Positions 27,715-41,762 of a stretch of 64,000 nucleotides of DNA are shown here, piece after piece. This DNA is from Octopus vulgaris (Eukaryota). Numbering within the stretch: the stretch's first letter is position 1; each line of letters starts with the position of its first letter. The notes under the pieces were generated by a model that saw only the letters and a list, made by a program, of their open reading frames with translations, was not told the DNA's origin and ran no database searches. The stretch is from contig OX597830.1 in the NCBI GenBank assembly GCA_951406725.2, positions 35,650,001-35,714,000 on the forward strand, read 5' to 3'. The translations under genes and the position numbers were made by a program.

Positions 27715-28075
27715 AGAAAACTTAAATTACGTACAGCTTCCAATTCACATGCCTAAGGAGAATACTCGACATCGGTTGAGACGACAACGGGCAGCAACAG
27801 GATCAGAGACGAAATAAGAAGCAGATAGTGGAACTGGATCGAACGCGTCTGGCAACCAAATCGAGAACGCGATTTTATGGTGACATTAAAGTAGAAGCCT
27901 GAGAGTAAAAAGTGCAGCAGAGCGAGCTAAAACTACATGGTGAAGGACCATTGAATAGGGACGGAGACGAGAAGGATGGAGAAGCTAAAATGCGAGGAGA
28001 ACATTGCCAGACAACAGAGATGGTTGGAGAGATCCGTTGTTGACTTGTGTGTTTCATGGCACGGAGGAATCTAAG
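27715..28075 (+). mobile_element. RTE-clade LINE 3' relic
   Basis: Broken frames: FQFTCLRRILDI, IRDEIRSR*WNWI, KTTW*RTIE and RDGWR..LCVSW. Confidence 0.65.
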
Positions 28076-28340
28076 CGGTCACATACGTAGTTTTTAAGTG
28101 GATTAATATTTTCAGAAATATAATTGGATTGTTATACATGTATCATAAAGGTGAAATATATAAGACAACCGAATACGTCGCAATTGATTACTTCATCAAC
28201 TACAGCGAAGGATAAACACCTTAGCCGACGCCGGCATAGTTCGAACGCAGAAAGCACAGACAACATTCTGTAATCACAGATTCACCAGTTATAGCAGCCA
28301 TTTTACATACAAGAGTTGATTTAAATATCCTGAAATAAGT

Positions 28341-28775
28341 GCAGGCGCGGCTGCGTGGATACGCGCAGGAGTAGCTGCGTGACAAGAATATTACTTGTCA
28401 ACCACATGGTTCTGGTTTCAGTCCAACTGCGTGGCACATTGGGCAAGTGTCTTCTACTATAGCCTCGGGCCGACCAAAGCCATGTCAGTAAATTTGGGAG
28501 ACGGAAACTGAAAGAAGCCCGTCGTATATACGTGTGTGTACGTGCGTACGTGTCTCTGTGTGTGTATGTGTGTCTGTTTGTCCCCCACAATCGCTTGACA
28601 ACCGATGTTGGTGTGTTTACGGTCTGACAGAAAGAGTCCGATAAAATAAGTACTAGACTTACGAAGAATAAGTCTTGGGGTCGATTTGTTCGAATAAAGG
28701 CGGTGCTCCAGCATGGCCGCAGTCACATGACTGAAGCAAGTAAGGGAATAAAAGAAGAAAAGAATACAAGAATAA
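28341..28775 (+). mobile_element. SINE family A, full length with duplicated 5' tip
   Basis: Aligns with the 4452 copy over its whole length. Confidence 0.9.
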
Positions 28776-28960
28776 AATGACTTCCATATGCAATGCAGAT
28801 GGAACTTACACTATACACTCACACGCAATAAGTATGTATATGTGTGGTGTATGGGTATGTAGGAACTGATGAGTGTAAGCTTGTATGTAGGTGCGCATAG
28901 CATAGCAGTAGAAATTCAACGAATGTGAGCGAAGATAAATGCCTATACACTATCGTAGGC

Positions 28961-29043
<83 letters not shown>

Positions 29044-29564
29044 TATATCCATGTATGTATGTATGCATGTGTGTAGGTGTGTATGCATGTGCGTACGTAC
29101 GCATGCATGTATGTATGTACGTATGTATGTATTTATGCATGTACGTATGTACGTATGTATGTACGTATGCATGTATATATGTATGTATGCACGTATGTGT
29201 GTATTTATGCATGTACGTATGTATGTACGTATGTATGTATGTATTTATGTATGTAGGTATGTATGTGCGTATGTGTGTATGTACGTATATACGTATGTAT
29301 GCGTTTATTCATGTTCGTATGTATGTATTTATGTATATATGTATGTACGTATGTACGTATGTATGTATGTATGTATGTATGTATGTATGTTTGTACATAT
29401 GTATGTATGTAGACATATTCATACTCCTATTCAGGTGTAACCTTTATCATTTATTATATTACTAAACTGAAAACAGCTGTTTATGTATGCCTTTGCTTAT
29501 CATAATGTATGTGTATGTGTGAATGTATGTATATATATACACATATACGCACATATATATATAC

Positions 29565-29595
<31 letters not shown>

Positions 29596-29612
29596 CATAC
29601 ATATATATATAC

Positions 29613-29664
<52 letters not shown>

Positions 29665-29747
29665 ATGTATAGGTTTACATGTATGTATGTAACTATACAT
29701 ATAAACAAATATATATAAAAAAATATAACATACATATATATATATAC

Positions 29748-29809
<62 letters not shown>

Positions 29810-30299
29810 TATATATGTGTGTGTATGTATAGGTTTACATGTATGTATGTAACTATACATATAAACAAATATATATTGACGCACATATAGAAATTATGCA
29901 TATATATGTGTGGGTGTGCGTGTGTGTGCGGGTTTGTGCATGTGTATGTATGTCTAAACACCAACATGTAAACCTACAAACACGCACCCGTATCGTTTAT
30001 TTTTGCCATTAACTAAATTGCAGAGGCATCACAAAAGTTTATTTCTCAATGTTTATTCTCGTCTCGTTGATAAAAGATACGAAGAGACGGAGTGGGAGGA
30101 GATGAAGGAGGAGGGGGATGGGTAGGAGAAGGAGAAGGAGGAGGAGGAGAGAAATAATTAAATATGGCTGCAATTTGGGCAAATTCTTTGACCCTCAGAT
30201 TTGGGTCAGATGAGTGATTTTGACGCAATGAGCCATGGATTATTAGTCAGCAATCATTAAGAATATTGTAAGGTTATCCTAATCTGTCTTTTGTGCTAT

Positions 30300-30780
30300 T
30301 TGATGGTGGTGGTGGTCTTTTGTGCTATTTAGTGTTGGTGGGGGTGGGGGTGGAGATGGTGGTGGGGGTGGGGGTGGTGGTGAAGTTGGTGGTAATGCTG
30401 GTGGTGCTGGTGCACATGGTCGTCAGGGCGCTAGAGGTGTTGGTGGTGTTGATGGTGGATATAGTGGTGGTGGATGTGGTAATGGTGGTGATGGTGCTGG
30501 TGCTGGTGGTAGTGTGGGTGCTGGAGTTTGTGGTGGTGGTTGATGGTGGATGTGTTGGTGGTTGTACCGGTGGTGCTGCTAATGGTTTTTTTTTGGGGGG
30601 GGGGCTGGTTGTGGTGAGGGCGCTGGAGGTAGTGGTGGTGCTGATGGTGGATGTGTTGGTGCTGGTAGTGGTGGTGCTGATGGTGGATGTGGTGGTGATG
30701 GTGGATGTACTGGCGATGATGGTAGTGATGGTGATGGTTATAGTAACGGTGATAGAGGCTATGGGTCGCGGTGGCTTGCT
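30300..30780. repeat. Degenerate (GGT)n low-complexity tract
   Basis: GGT-rich triplets with an internal ~38-bp duplication (30425 vs 30617). Confidence 0.85.
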
Positions 30781-30905
30781 GGTTACTGATATGTCTCTGA
30801 ATGCTCATGAATGCATGTACGTGTGTACGTACGTATGTATGCATATATGCATGGATGCATGCGTGTATGTATGTATGTATGTATGCATGTATGTATGCAT
30901 GTATG

Positions 30906-30937
<32 letters not shown>

Positions 30938-31239
30938 CATGCATGTATGTATGTATGTATGTATGTATGTATGTATGTATGTATGTATGTATGTATGTAT
31001 GTATGTATCTATGGATGGATGCTTGCGTGGATGGATGTATTAATGTACGCATGTCTGCGCGTTGCTTTCTCGTACTTCTATGTGAAAATGTGAACGTCCG
31101 CAAGTTTGTGTAGTTCTGTAAATCAGTTTGTTGCTGAGATACGGGTAAATGTTAAATTATGGTTGAGAACGACTAAAATGGAAGAAATTATCATTATCGT
31201 TATTATCATTAATACTGTTATCATTATTATCATTGTAAT

Positions 31240-31590
31240 AAAGGCGGCGAGCTAGCAGAATTGTTACCATATATATATACGTGTGTGTGTGTATATGTAT
31301 GTACGTTTGTATGTATGTATGTATGTATGTATGTATGTATGTATGTATGTATGTATGTATGTATGTGTGTGTGTAACACGGTCAGCTGGCAGAAATGTTA
31401 GCACGCCGGGTGAAATGCTTAGCGACATTTCGTCCGTCTTTACATTCTGAGTTCAAATTCCACCGAGGATTACTTTGCCATTCAACATTACGGTGTTTAT
31501 ACAATAAGTACCAGTTTGGCAATGGGGTCGATATAATCGACTTAACACCTCCCTCGAAATTTCTGGCCTTGTGCCAAAATTTGAAATCAC
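31240..31590 (+). mobile_element. SINE family B split by a TA/TATG microsatellite
   Basis: Head at 31240-31265, resuming with agctggcagaaatgttagcacgcc at ~31384. Confidence 0.8.
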
Positions 31591-31624
31591 AATGATTATG
31601 ATTATCATCATCATCATCATCATC

Positions 31625-31693
<69 letters not shown>

Positions 31694-31696
<3 letters not shown>

Positions 31697-32803
31697 TAGT
31701 TTTATTTTTATAGCGTGCTTTCACTTCACTACCGAGCGCAGCTCTGTGTGCCTTGGGTATGTGCTGTGATTTGTTGTGATGCTCTGATGGTTATTGTATG
31801 GAAAGTGTTCTGCGTAGGATGTGTGCAGTGCCTAGTAGTGCAATTTTCTGTATGTTATATGTGTTTGTAAGTCCTGGTGTTTTTGTTATGTATTTGTCTG
31901 AATATTTTTTTATCATGCCTAATGCACCTACTATGATAGGAATTGTTTCTGTTTTCAGGTTCCACATTCTAGTTACCTCTATTTCCAGGTCTTTGTATTT
32001 TGAGAGTTTCTCCATTTCTTTTAGAGACACCTTGTCATCTGCCGGTATTGATACATCAATTAGAAAGCATTTTTTTTCTTCATGATCTCTGACAACTATA
32101 TCTGGTCTGTTGGCCTTAATTTCTCTATCTGTGTGTATCGGCATATCCCAGAGTATGGTTGCTTTCTCGTTTTCTGTGACCTTTTCTGGTGTGTGCCTAT
32201 ACCATCTTTTTTCTGTTGTTGTTCCATAATGTTGGCATAGCTGCCAATGTATGTAGGTTCCAACTCTGTCATGTCTGTGAATATATTCTTTCTTAGCCAG
32301 GACTGGGCAGCTAGAGATAATATGATTTATTGTTTCTTGTCCATCTCCACATATTCTGCAGTTACTTGTAATATTTCTTTTCATTACATGTTTTTGGTAA
32401 TTTCTGGTGGGGAGGCTTTGGTCTTGTGCTGCAATTAAAAATCCCTCTGTTTCTACTTTGAGTCCTGAGCTTCTCAACCATTGCTGGGATTTTTCTTTGT
32501 CTATTTCTTTTGCGTTTAGTTTAGTGCAGTATTTACCATGAAGGGGCTTTTCTTGCCATCGTTTTATCATGGCTCGTTGCTGTTCTATTTTTAGTTTGGA
32601 TTTCATTTGTTTTATAGCTTTTGTTGTTTCTTCATCATCTTCTTCTTCTTCTTTGTGTTTATTAGGTGGTATGATTTCTTGTTTGTATTTGTCAGCTTCC
32701 TTAAATACTGAGAACAGTTTTTTGTTTTGCTCGTGTTTTGCTGCTATCTGGATCAGTTTTCCTTCCTTCTGAAGTAGGTATTTTTGCAGTCCTATGGTGG
32801 TTA
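31694..32803 (-). mobile_element. R4/Dong-type LINE, 5'-truncated young copy with open frame (CCHC finger + restriction-like endonuclease)
   Basis: Uninterrupted ORF with ETEGFLIAAQDQ, CRICGDGQETINHIISSC, RHD, ILWD..RPDIVV..LIDVSIP..KLSKYKDL and IIVGALG. ~100-bp 3' UTR, (TAA)n on both sides. Confidence 0.95.
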
Positions 32804-32818
32804 TTATTATTATTATTA

Positions 32819-32898
<80 letters not shown>

Positions 32899-32982
32899 TT
32901 CATTATTATTATCGTTATAAGTATTATTATTATTAATAATATCGTTATTATTATTATTGCTGTTGTTATTATCATTATCATT

Positions 32983-33345
<363 letters not shown>

Positions 33346-33357
33346 CATCATCATCAT

Positions 33358-33780
33358 TGTGTGCAATACCCAGTAGTACAATTTTTTCGGTATGTTACAT
33401 ATATTTGTGAGAACTGGTGTTTTTGTCATGTATTTATTTTTCTGAATATTTTTTTATTATGCATAATGCGCCCACTATGATAGGGATTGTCTCTGTTTTT
33501 AGGCTCCACTTTCAAGTTACCTCTATTTCCAGGTCTTTGTATTTCGAAGGTTTCTCCACTTCTTTTAGAGAAACGTTATCATCTGCTGGTATTGATGCAT
33601 CAATTGGAAAGCATTTTTTTTCTTCATAATCTCTGACAACTATATCTGGCCTATTAGCCTTAATTTCTCTATCTGTGTGTATTGGCATATCTCATAATAA
33701 TATGGTTACTTTCGAGTTTTCTGTGACCTTTTCTGGCGTCTGCTTTTTTCTGTTGTTATTCCATAGTGTAGGCATAGCTT
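33358..33780 (-). mobile_element. Older R4/Dong-type LINE fragment (endonuclease region)
   Basis: Colinear with 31820-32240 but carries many substitutions and indels. Flanked by (ATT)n. Confidence 0.9.
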
Positions 33781-33833
<53 letters not shown>

Positions 33834-34078
33834 GATGATGATGATGATGATGATTTCGACGACGACGATGATGGAAGAGAAGGACGAGCAGGAGGTAACT
33901 AAAAGGTGATAAGAACTAAACTGAAGCACAATTATTGGATGAAACGGTCTGTTTCATGTATCCATCGAGTTCTTCTAAACAATTCATGAGTCCAGCTGAC
34001 TAATTTTATCCTAAGTATACATAGAAATACATTTACACAAAGTGATACACACACACACATACACATGTGTCTCTCTAA

Positions 34079-34129
<51 letters not shown>

Positions 34130-34418
34130 ATCATGTATTGCGTGCTTCATCATCCATTGAATTATTACCATTCTCAGAATATTCCCTTATACTCCTGCAA
34201 TGAAACACACTGTTATAAATCAACTTATAGATTCGTATAATCATGCGATTATTTTGCAACATACGTCCTCACAAGTGCATTCATACACACACTCGCGTGC
34301 GCGAGAGAGAGGGACGGAGGGAGCGCGCACGCACACACGCACGAATGACATTCATAGACAGAAAATTATATGAGAAAGATATGCTCATGTGCATGTATAC
34401 AATCATTTAGTCTCACTC

Positions 34419-34481
<63 letters not shown>

Positions 34482-34640
34482 TTATATGTATATAAATATA
34501 TATTACATATACATATATATCCATATATACATATATGCATATATATATATACATTAATGTATGTACGTGTGTATACATATATATGTATGTATATCAATAT
34601 ATATGAAATACATATATGCATATATGTATATATATATATA

Positions 34641-34671
<31 letters not shown>

Positions 34672-35330
34672 CTATGTGTGTGAGAGAGTGTGTGTATACA
34701 TATATATGCTATCCTGCGTACGTATGTATATTTCAGTCTACGTATGCGTTTCTTTCACTGTATATGTATATGTCTACTCCCACTACTCGTCCATAATCAT
34801 ATTGTAATAGTAACAGGAATCACAGCAATCAAGAAGCATTTCGTAGCTCTACGTTCAGTCATCAATGATACTCATTTTCACTTAGTAACTCTAACATCCA
34901 TACCAATGTCCTGCACCTGCCTAAGGAATTAATGATGCGTTCCTAAGTGGAGTTCACTCGCTATAAACAGTATTTTTCAAATAACGTACATCTATTTGCT
35001 TATCACTGATAATATATTTTATGAATTACTCTTATAATCTTTTATTTATATTTCATTCATTTTTCATTCTTTATTCGTTATTAATATCGAGAGGTTAGTG
35101 AAATGGCACAAATGGTAAAATGTCGAACAAAGTGTTTACTGACATTGGCATTACCTCTTTTTTTCTTTTTCTTTACTTTTTTTCTTTTTTAAAGTTTTGG
35201 TTTGAAATCCGCTCAATGTCGGCACACATTGTCGGAACTCATTAATAGTCTAAACTACATTGCTAGCTGTTGTATTGCTTTCAGTATTATTTTAAATTAG
35301 CACCTGCTTTCATCCTTCACAATATATACG

Positions 35331-35409
<79 letters not shown>

Positions 35410-35414
<5 letters not shown>

Positions 35415-35760
35415 CCTGATCTTTATTCTTGGTCTGGCCGTTGTCCGTGCAACATCGATATTCCTCCCTGTGCCTGTGAAATCTTGTATCCCTGCCGTAA
35501 GGCTTCATTTGCGCACACGCCAGCTTACTTTCATTCGGCCCTAGTCGAAAGACACCTGTTATGTCCTGTTATTATTTTATTGTATTTGTATAACATTGTC
35601 CTTTTTTTTTCGTCCTTGTATTTGTATATTTTCGCTGCTTTCTTCCAAGAAATCTAATGCTCTTAGCTTAGTTTTTCATTGAGGGCAGCCAGATTGGAGC
35701 AATCTCGAGTATAATCAGCCGAAATTGCGAAGATAATCCGGTACTCGACTGGGGAAAGAA
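35410..35760 (+). mobile_element. Diverged copy of the ~300-bp PLE-type terminal repeat seen at 43.9 and 44.7 kb
   Basis: ttccaagaaatctaatgctcttagcttagttttt..aatcagccgaaattgcgaagataatccgg is the reverse complement of the 43891/44653 repeats. Confidence 0.7.
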
Positions 35761-35774
35761 TGTATGTATGTATG

Positions 35775-35808
<34 letters not shown>

Positions 35809-35827
35809 TGTATGTACGTATGAATAT

Positions 35828-35992
35828 AGGCGCAGGCGTGGCTGTGTGGTAAGAAGCTTATTTCCCAACGATACGGTTCCAGTTCAGTTCCACTGCGTGA
35901 TATCTTTTGGTAAGTGTCTTCTACGGTACCCACGGGTCGACCAAGAACTAGAGAGTGGATTTGTTAGACGGAAACTGAAAGACGCCCGCCGT
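35828..35992 (+). mobile_element. SINE family A 5' half
   Basis: Head and CORE-like segment. Confidence 0.8.
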
Positions 35993-36021
35993 GTATATAT
36001 ATACATATACACACACACACA

Positions 36022-36862
36022 CAGGGTGCAGTGAATAAACTGTCGCCTAAATTATGCAAAAACGAAAATAATACTGATATCTCATTTTAATAGTAAATTC
36101 ATTCAATAAAATCGCCATTGGCCACAACCACGGCCTCCAAACCACTTCGCAATCTCCTGCTACTCTTCTGGACGGTCTACATGTTTATGTTGGTGAATGG
36201 TGCCATAATCCTTCCCTTCAGTTCACCTTTGGTGTTACAAGGAGTTTTATTGGTCTCTCGCTCAACTGTGCCCCACACAATAATCAAGGGGTTGCAGTTT
36301 GGAGAGTTAGGTAGCCAGATGTTAGGGGCTGGTGTGGTCTCAGAAGTTGTATGACAGCCATGACTGGGCACTCCTACTTGGGTGGCATGATGCAGATTGC
36401 TGCTGCCAGACATAGGGTCTTCCAGCAGCCACTCTCTTGATCCAGAGCGGCACTACCTACTCCAGGCACCTGATGTAGGCGTCGATGTTGAGTGTGAGGC
36501 TATGTGGGAAGATGAATGGAGACATAAAGTCGCCATCATTAGTTATCATTCAAAACACCATGATGTTGATTGGATGTTTTTATTTTTATTAATCTCGGTA
36601 CATGTCCTCAGATTGCACTCCTCAGACTGACACTCAAACACTCTGCAATGTTCCTGTTGGAGCTTCCGGCACGAATGCGGAGCAGTACAGCATGCTATTT
36701 ACAAATTTCTGGTAGAGAGAACTGTGTCAAGGTTCTGTTTTTCTCACAGACGGTGCCCAACTGATCTTTCTAAACTGTGTAGTCGACAAAATCAAAAGCA
36801 AACAATGCGCATGCGTGAAATAAAAAAATATTAACGGGCAGCAATTTACCTATCGCACGCTA
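36022..36862 (-). mobile_element. Tc1/mariner-superfamily (DD37D/maT-like) transposon relic
   Basis: WLPNSPNCNPL..VWGTVERETNKTPCNTKGELKGRI (WPPxSPDxNPLD-type motif). Imperfect TIRs: cagggtgcagtgaataaactgtcgcc vs reverse-complement tagcgtgcgataggtaaattgctgcc. Confidence 0.8.
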
Positions 36863-37957
36863 TACACACACATATATATATATGTGTTCAAAATACTTTT
36901 TCATTCGTTCTGGCTTAACAGCCCTCAATGTTCGTGTTACTGTTATTCTCCTTGTCCTGTCTTTTACTGTTTATATTTTGTACTGTTTTGACTGTCCTGT
37001 TTTTGTTACCATTTTTACCCTCCGCAAAAAAATCTCAAATTTTATTTAATTTGCTTTTGCGGGAAGGACTGTTTCAATGAAGTCGTGTCTCACCTTTACC
37101 TTCGAAACGCGGAATAGATGAAACAGAGGCGGCTGAAGAAGGGTAATGATCCTTGTGTTGTATGTCTTGTACTGCATTTTTTCGTTGTTTAAGAAAAATG
37201 TCCATTTCCTTGGTTTCGATTGCCAGACCGGGCGTTGAGTATTTATTGAGCGAAAAAACCTAAAGCTCCATGAGGCTCCGGCAGGTGGTGGTGGTGATCC
37301 CTGCTGTACTCTTTCTCTCACCCTTTCTTCTGTTGGCCTGCTCGCTTAGCCAGCGGGGTGGCGTCATTTGAAGGCTAAAACAACGCGAAGCGCATTGCTA
37401 CCAGCGATGTATAGGAACATCTGATAGCCTGCTCGATCACGGTGATATATATATATATATATTTCACATTAAAAATAGATTAATTTTGTTAACACAGAGC
37501 TGGAAACAAATATTTAGAGACACAGAGACCAGACAGAAGCAGTCAGATAGACTGACAAACAGTCAGAAAGAGATAGACGCAAAAAATAAGTAGAAAAATT
37601 TGGAGATAGGGATCTGATAAAAAATCGACTAATTTCCTACACTCCGCATTCAACTCACTGTGAGGCCATCTTGCATTAATTTTCTGGTTACTTTTTAACA
37701 TTCTGATTTATCAGCTTTTTAATCTTTTTTTTTCTAAGTACCGATTAATTTTCAAATTTTAAGTTTTTAGAGCTTATTTTTATTATATTTTATCTGTTTC
37801 TTAATTTGGTAACGTTCAGCGATTTTACATTGGTTCTATCACGTTTTGCTCCTTTTTTTTACCTTCTAATTTTTTTTATATATTTCAATATCAACCAAAT
37901 AATTAACTGTAACTTCGTTATTTTTCTTCTACTTAGGAGGGCTTTTATTGCAGAAAG

Positions 37958-38165
37958 ACAGCGGGCAGGCAGAATCGTTAGCAAGCCTGACAAAATATTC
38001 AGCGGTATTTCGTTTGTCTTTACTTCGTAAGTTTTGATTCGCTCAAATCGACTTGACCATTCCTGATCGATGGAATAAGTACCAGTTGAGCACTGGGGTT
38101 GATATAATCGACTAGCTTCTTACCCTCAAAATGTATGGCCTTGCATCTATTGTACAAAGAATTAT
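37958..38165 (+). mobile_element. SINE family B, diverged
   Basis: ggcagaatcgttagca..aataagtaccagttgagcactgggg. Confidence 0.75.
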
Positions 38166-38920
38166 TGAATTTGAAATGTCAGAGGAATAGGAGAAACGGT
38201 AGAAAGCAAGACATAATATATTGCACCTATCATGATAGAATGCAGAAGGCTTGTAGTTCATTGCCTCTGCAGGGCTTACAACATACTTTTCAGCAAAAGG
38301 ACTAGTTGCAGGCGGGAGGCCAACGAGCTAGTTGTGGTAGCAATGGAAGTTTCTTTAAGGTGGCTGTAGATGAGAAGGTGCTAGCTCTAGATTCTAGTCA
38401 CTTCATTACTTGAATAAGACTTCGGCAGAATGAAAGGTAAAATTGCTCTAGGTTACATTTGAACGCACAATGGAAAAACTTAACAAATATCCGCAAGGGA
38501 TCCAGCAAATCAGATTTTTTACGAGTATGCGAAACCATCCCTAAATAAAAAAAAAAGGGAAGGTTATCATACAACAGGTGAGTATAAGTATATGTATATA
38601 TGTATACCTATACTTTGTTTCTTTTTCCTCTTGCTCTCTCTCCCTATCTCTCTTTCATTCACTCACACACACACGGACGCACGCACGCACGCACACACAA
38701 GTAACAGCTATCACATCCCCATGTTTAGCTCAGAGATCATACATGCAAGGACCTGGATTGTGGCTATATTTACACGAGATAAGGTTTCTGATAAAGCAAT
38801 AATCGAAAAGCACCGGCTCTATATTCCATTCTAAATGAGGATATATATGAGTGTGTGGTGTGTGTGTCTGTCTGTCTGTCTATGTGCGTGTGTGTGTGTG
38901 TGTGCGTATGTCTGCATAGA

Positions 38921-39118
38921 TATTCTTTTATTCTTTTAATTGTTTCTGTCATTTGACTGCGGCCACGATGGAGCACAGGCTTTAGTGAAGCTATTCGAAC
39001 CCAGAGCTTATTCTTTGTAAGCCTAGTACTTATTCTATCGGTTCCGTTTGCTGAACCGCTAAGTTACGGGGACGTAAACACACTAGCATCTGTTGTCAAG
39101 CGATGTTGGGGGAAAATC
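38921..39118 (-). mobile_element. SINE family A 3' half
   Basis: gtcatttgactgcggccac..cttattctttgtaagcctagtacttattctatcgg. Confidence 0.85.
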
Positions 39119-39119
39119 C

Positions 39120-39228
<109 letters not shown>

Positions 39229-39419
39229 TTAAGTAGATGAATGAATTATCTAGTATGGATAATTTGGTTAATTGATACCTGGGTAGCAAATTCACGTCAG
39301 TAAAACACGGTTGAAGTTACATGCCAAGGGCAGAACCCCGTGTTCGTGTGTGGAAATTTGTGTGTTTTTTTTATATGAATAAATGAAAAGAATGGAGTCG
39401 AACGAAGATTTTAACAATA

Positions 39420-39518
39420 TTCCTTTACTTTCGACATATGTTTCGAAGACTGCATACTCTTAATTCCGAAGGAATGAAGGTTGCATTATGCCGTCTTCTC
39501 ATCAGGAAATACAAGGAA
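39420..39518 (-). ncRNA. Type-I hammerhead ribozyme, perfect core, GUC cleavage triplet
   Basis: The minus strand reads TTCCTT gta TTTC CTGATGA GAAGAC [long stem-loop] GTCTTC GAAAC atat GTC GAAA gta AAGGAA. Stem II has 6 perfect bp plus an extension, stem III is palindromic (ACATATGT), and stem I is 4 bp + 3x3 loop + 6 bp. Confidence 0.85.
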
Positions 39519-39565
39519 CCTCTATCAGCCTCAAGACGAACAAAAGCTTCTTAATGACTGCAGTC

Positions 39566-39627
<62 letters not shown>

Positions 39628-39664
39628 AAGAAAGAAAAAGAGAGAGAGAAACACTCCGTCGATT

Positions 39665-39965
39665 ATAACAAGGTCGCAGATCATACGATCAACAGAACAG
39701 CCTGCTCATGTAATTAACTTGCAAGTGGTTGACCACTCACCGGACACGTGTACCCGTAACACAGTTCTCAGAAAGATTCAGCATTACACAAGTTGTGACT
39801 AGTCTAGCCGTTTGAAATACAGGTGCTACTCGTTTTTGCCAGCTGCGAGAACTGGAGCAACATGAAAATAAACAGTCTTGCTTAAGGGCATAACGCGTCA
39901 TTGGGAATTGAACACACGACCTTACGACCGTGAGTTGACTATCTCAAACACGAAGCCATGCTTAG
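39665..39965 (-). mobile_element. SINE family C
   Basis: Reverse complement of the 48640 copy. Confidence 0.8.
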
Positions 39966-40416
39966 CTTATGGATGGATGGATGGATGGATGGATGGGATT
40001 CAGAAAGAGAGGGAGGTGTGTGCATATTAAACTCTTATTCGCAGTTTCTAAATTTATCCACGTACATTTTATGTAGTAAATTCTCCTCAGCTACTTTCGC
40101 TGGTTGTACCTATCTCACAAACGGTCTCTTTAAGTATATCGTCTCTTATGATCACTAACAGCTTTCATCTCATTAATACTTTAGCACTCATACATTCTCT
40201 CTCAACCAACCACTACATTCTTCTGTTCTTGTTCTTTTTACCCGTTTCGCTCCTCATCTTCTCTCCCCTCTCTCTCTGTCTTTCGCTCCTTCTCACTTAC
40301 TATCTTTCTTTCTCTCTCTCTCTATCTCACTCTCACCTCACTCAATCTCTCTGTAGACTATTTGTAGTTCACCAGTCCTGATACAAACATACGTCAATAA
40401 ATACATACATATATAA

Positions 40417-40485
<69 letters not shown>

Positions 40486-40650
40486 TATATATATACATAT
40501 ATATCTGTATATATATGTACATATATATGTGTATACATACATATATATATATAGACATGTATATGTTCATATGTACATGTTCTTACATATAAATATATAT
40601 ATATGTATATTTATATACAATCATACGCACAAATATATACACATGCACAC

Positions 40651-40687
<37 letters not shown>

Positions 40688-40932
40688 TATACATATATAC
40701 ACACATATACACACACATTTATATATATATATATATATACTATATACGCACACACACACATATGAAGCAATGTGGAATAACTGAACTCAATGCTTAAACT
40801 ATTGAGTACTCACTAACAACAAAGACTTTTGATTTCCAACCAGTTGAACATGCAGTCTCCGAGACAGAAATACGAAATTCCTATTAAAGATGATGTAAAA
40901 ACCATCTCTGTTAATTGCTGTTACTGTATGTG

Positions 40933-40980
<48 letters not shown>

Positions 40981-41002
40981 CACATACATATATCATTATA
41001 CC

Positions 41003-41062
<60 letters not shown>

Positions 41063-41156
41063 TATATATATGTTTGCATATACATATACATATAGATACA
41101 TAAGCAAAGCCTATATGTATCTTATACATCATATATACATAAATACATATATATAT

Positions 41157-41208
<52 letters not shown>

Positions 41209-41665
41209 ATAGATATAGATATACTTATGCACATTTATGTGTGTGTGTTTGTGTGTATATATGCCCGCACACACATAAATATGCATGCATATATACACGC
41301 ATAGTATTTCTGTGTTCCGGATACATATGTGTGTGTGTATGTGTACGTGTTATGCATTTTTATCAGTCTGTGTGCGCATGCGTGTATGTGTCCATCAGTA
41401 CACATGCGTGAATACATATGTTACTTGTGTTTGCTAGCGAGAGGAATTCAGATAAAAAAAAATGAAAACCTATAACAAAAATAATATAACATAAATAGGG
41501 CGAGCACCGCCACATCGGAGCACCATTATCGTCATCCTCGTCGTCGTTGCGGTGTTGGGGAGGTTGTGGTGGTAGTGGTGGTGGTGGTGGGGGGTTATTG
41601 TTGTCGTTGTCGTCGTCACCAATGCCGCAGTGATCACCAACATCATCACGAAAATCAGAATCCCT

Positions 41666-41762
<97 letters not shown>

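Noticed and set aside
30293-31093. Gly-rich or His-rich structural protein (beak/suckerin-like)
   Set aside because: A decayed (GGT)n tract with a stop and frame disruption in the Gly frame. It has no signal peptide or convincing splice context and runs into a (TATG)n repeat.
31791-32981. 396-aa host protein with hydrophobic N-terminus
   Set aside because: The N-terminus is a poly-Ile microsatellite translation and the rest is a truncated LINE ORF.
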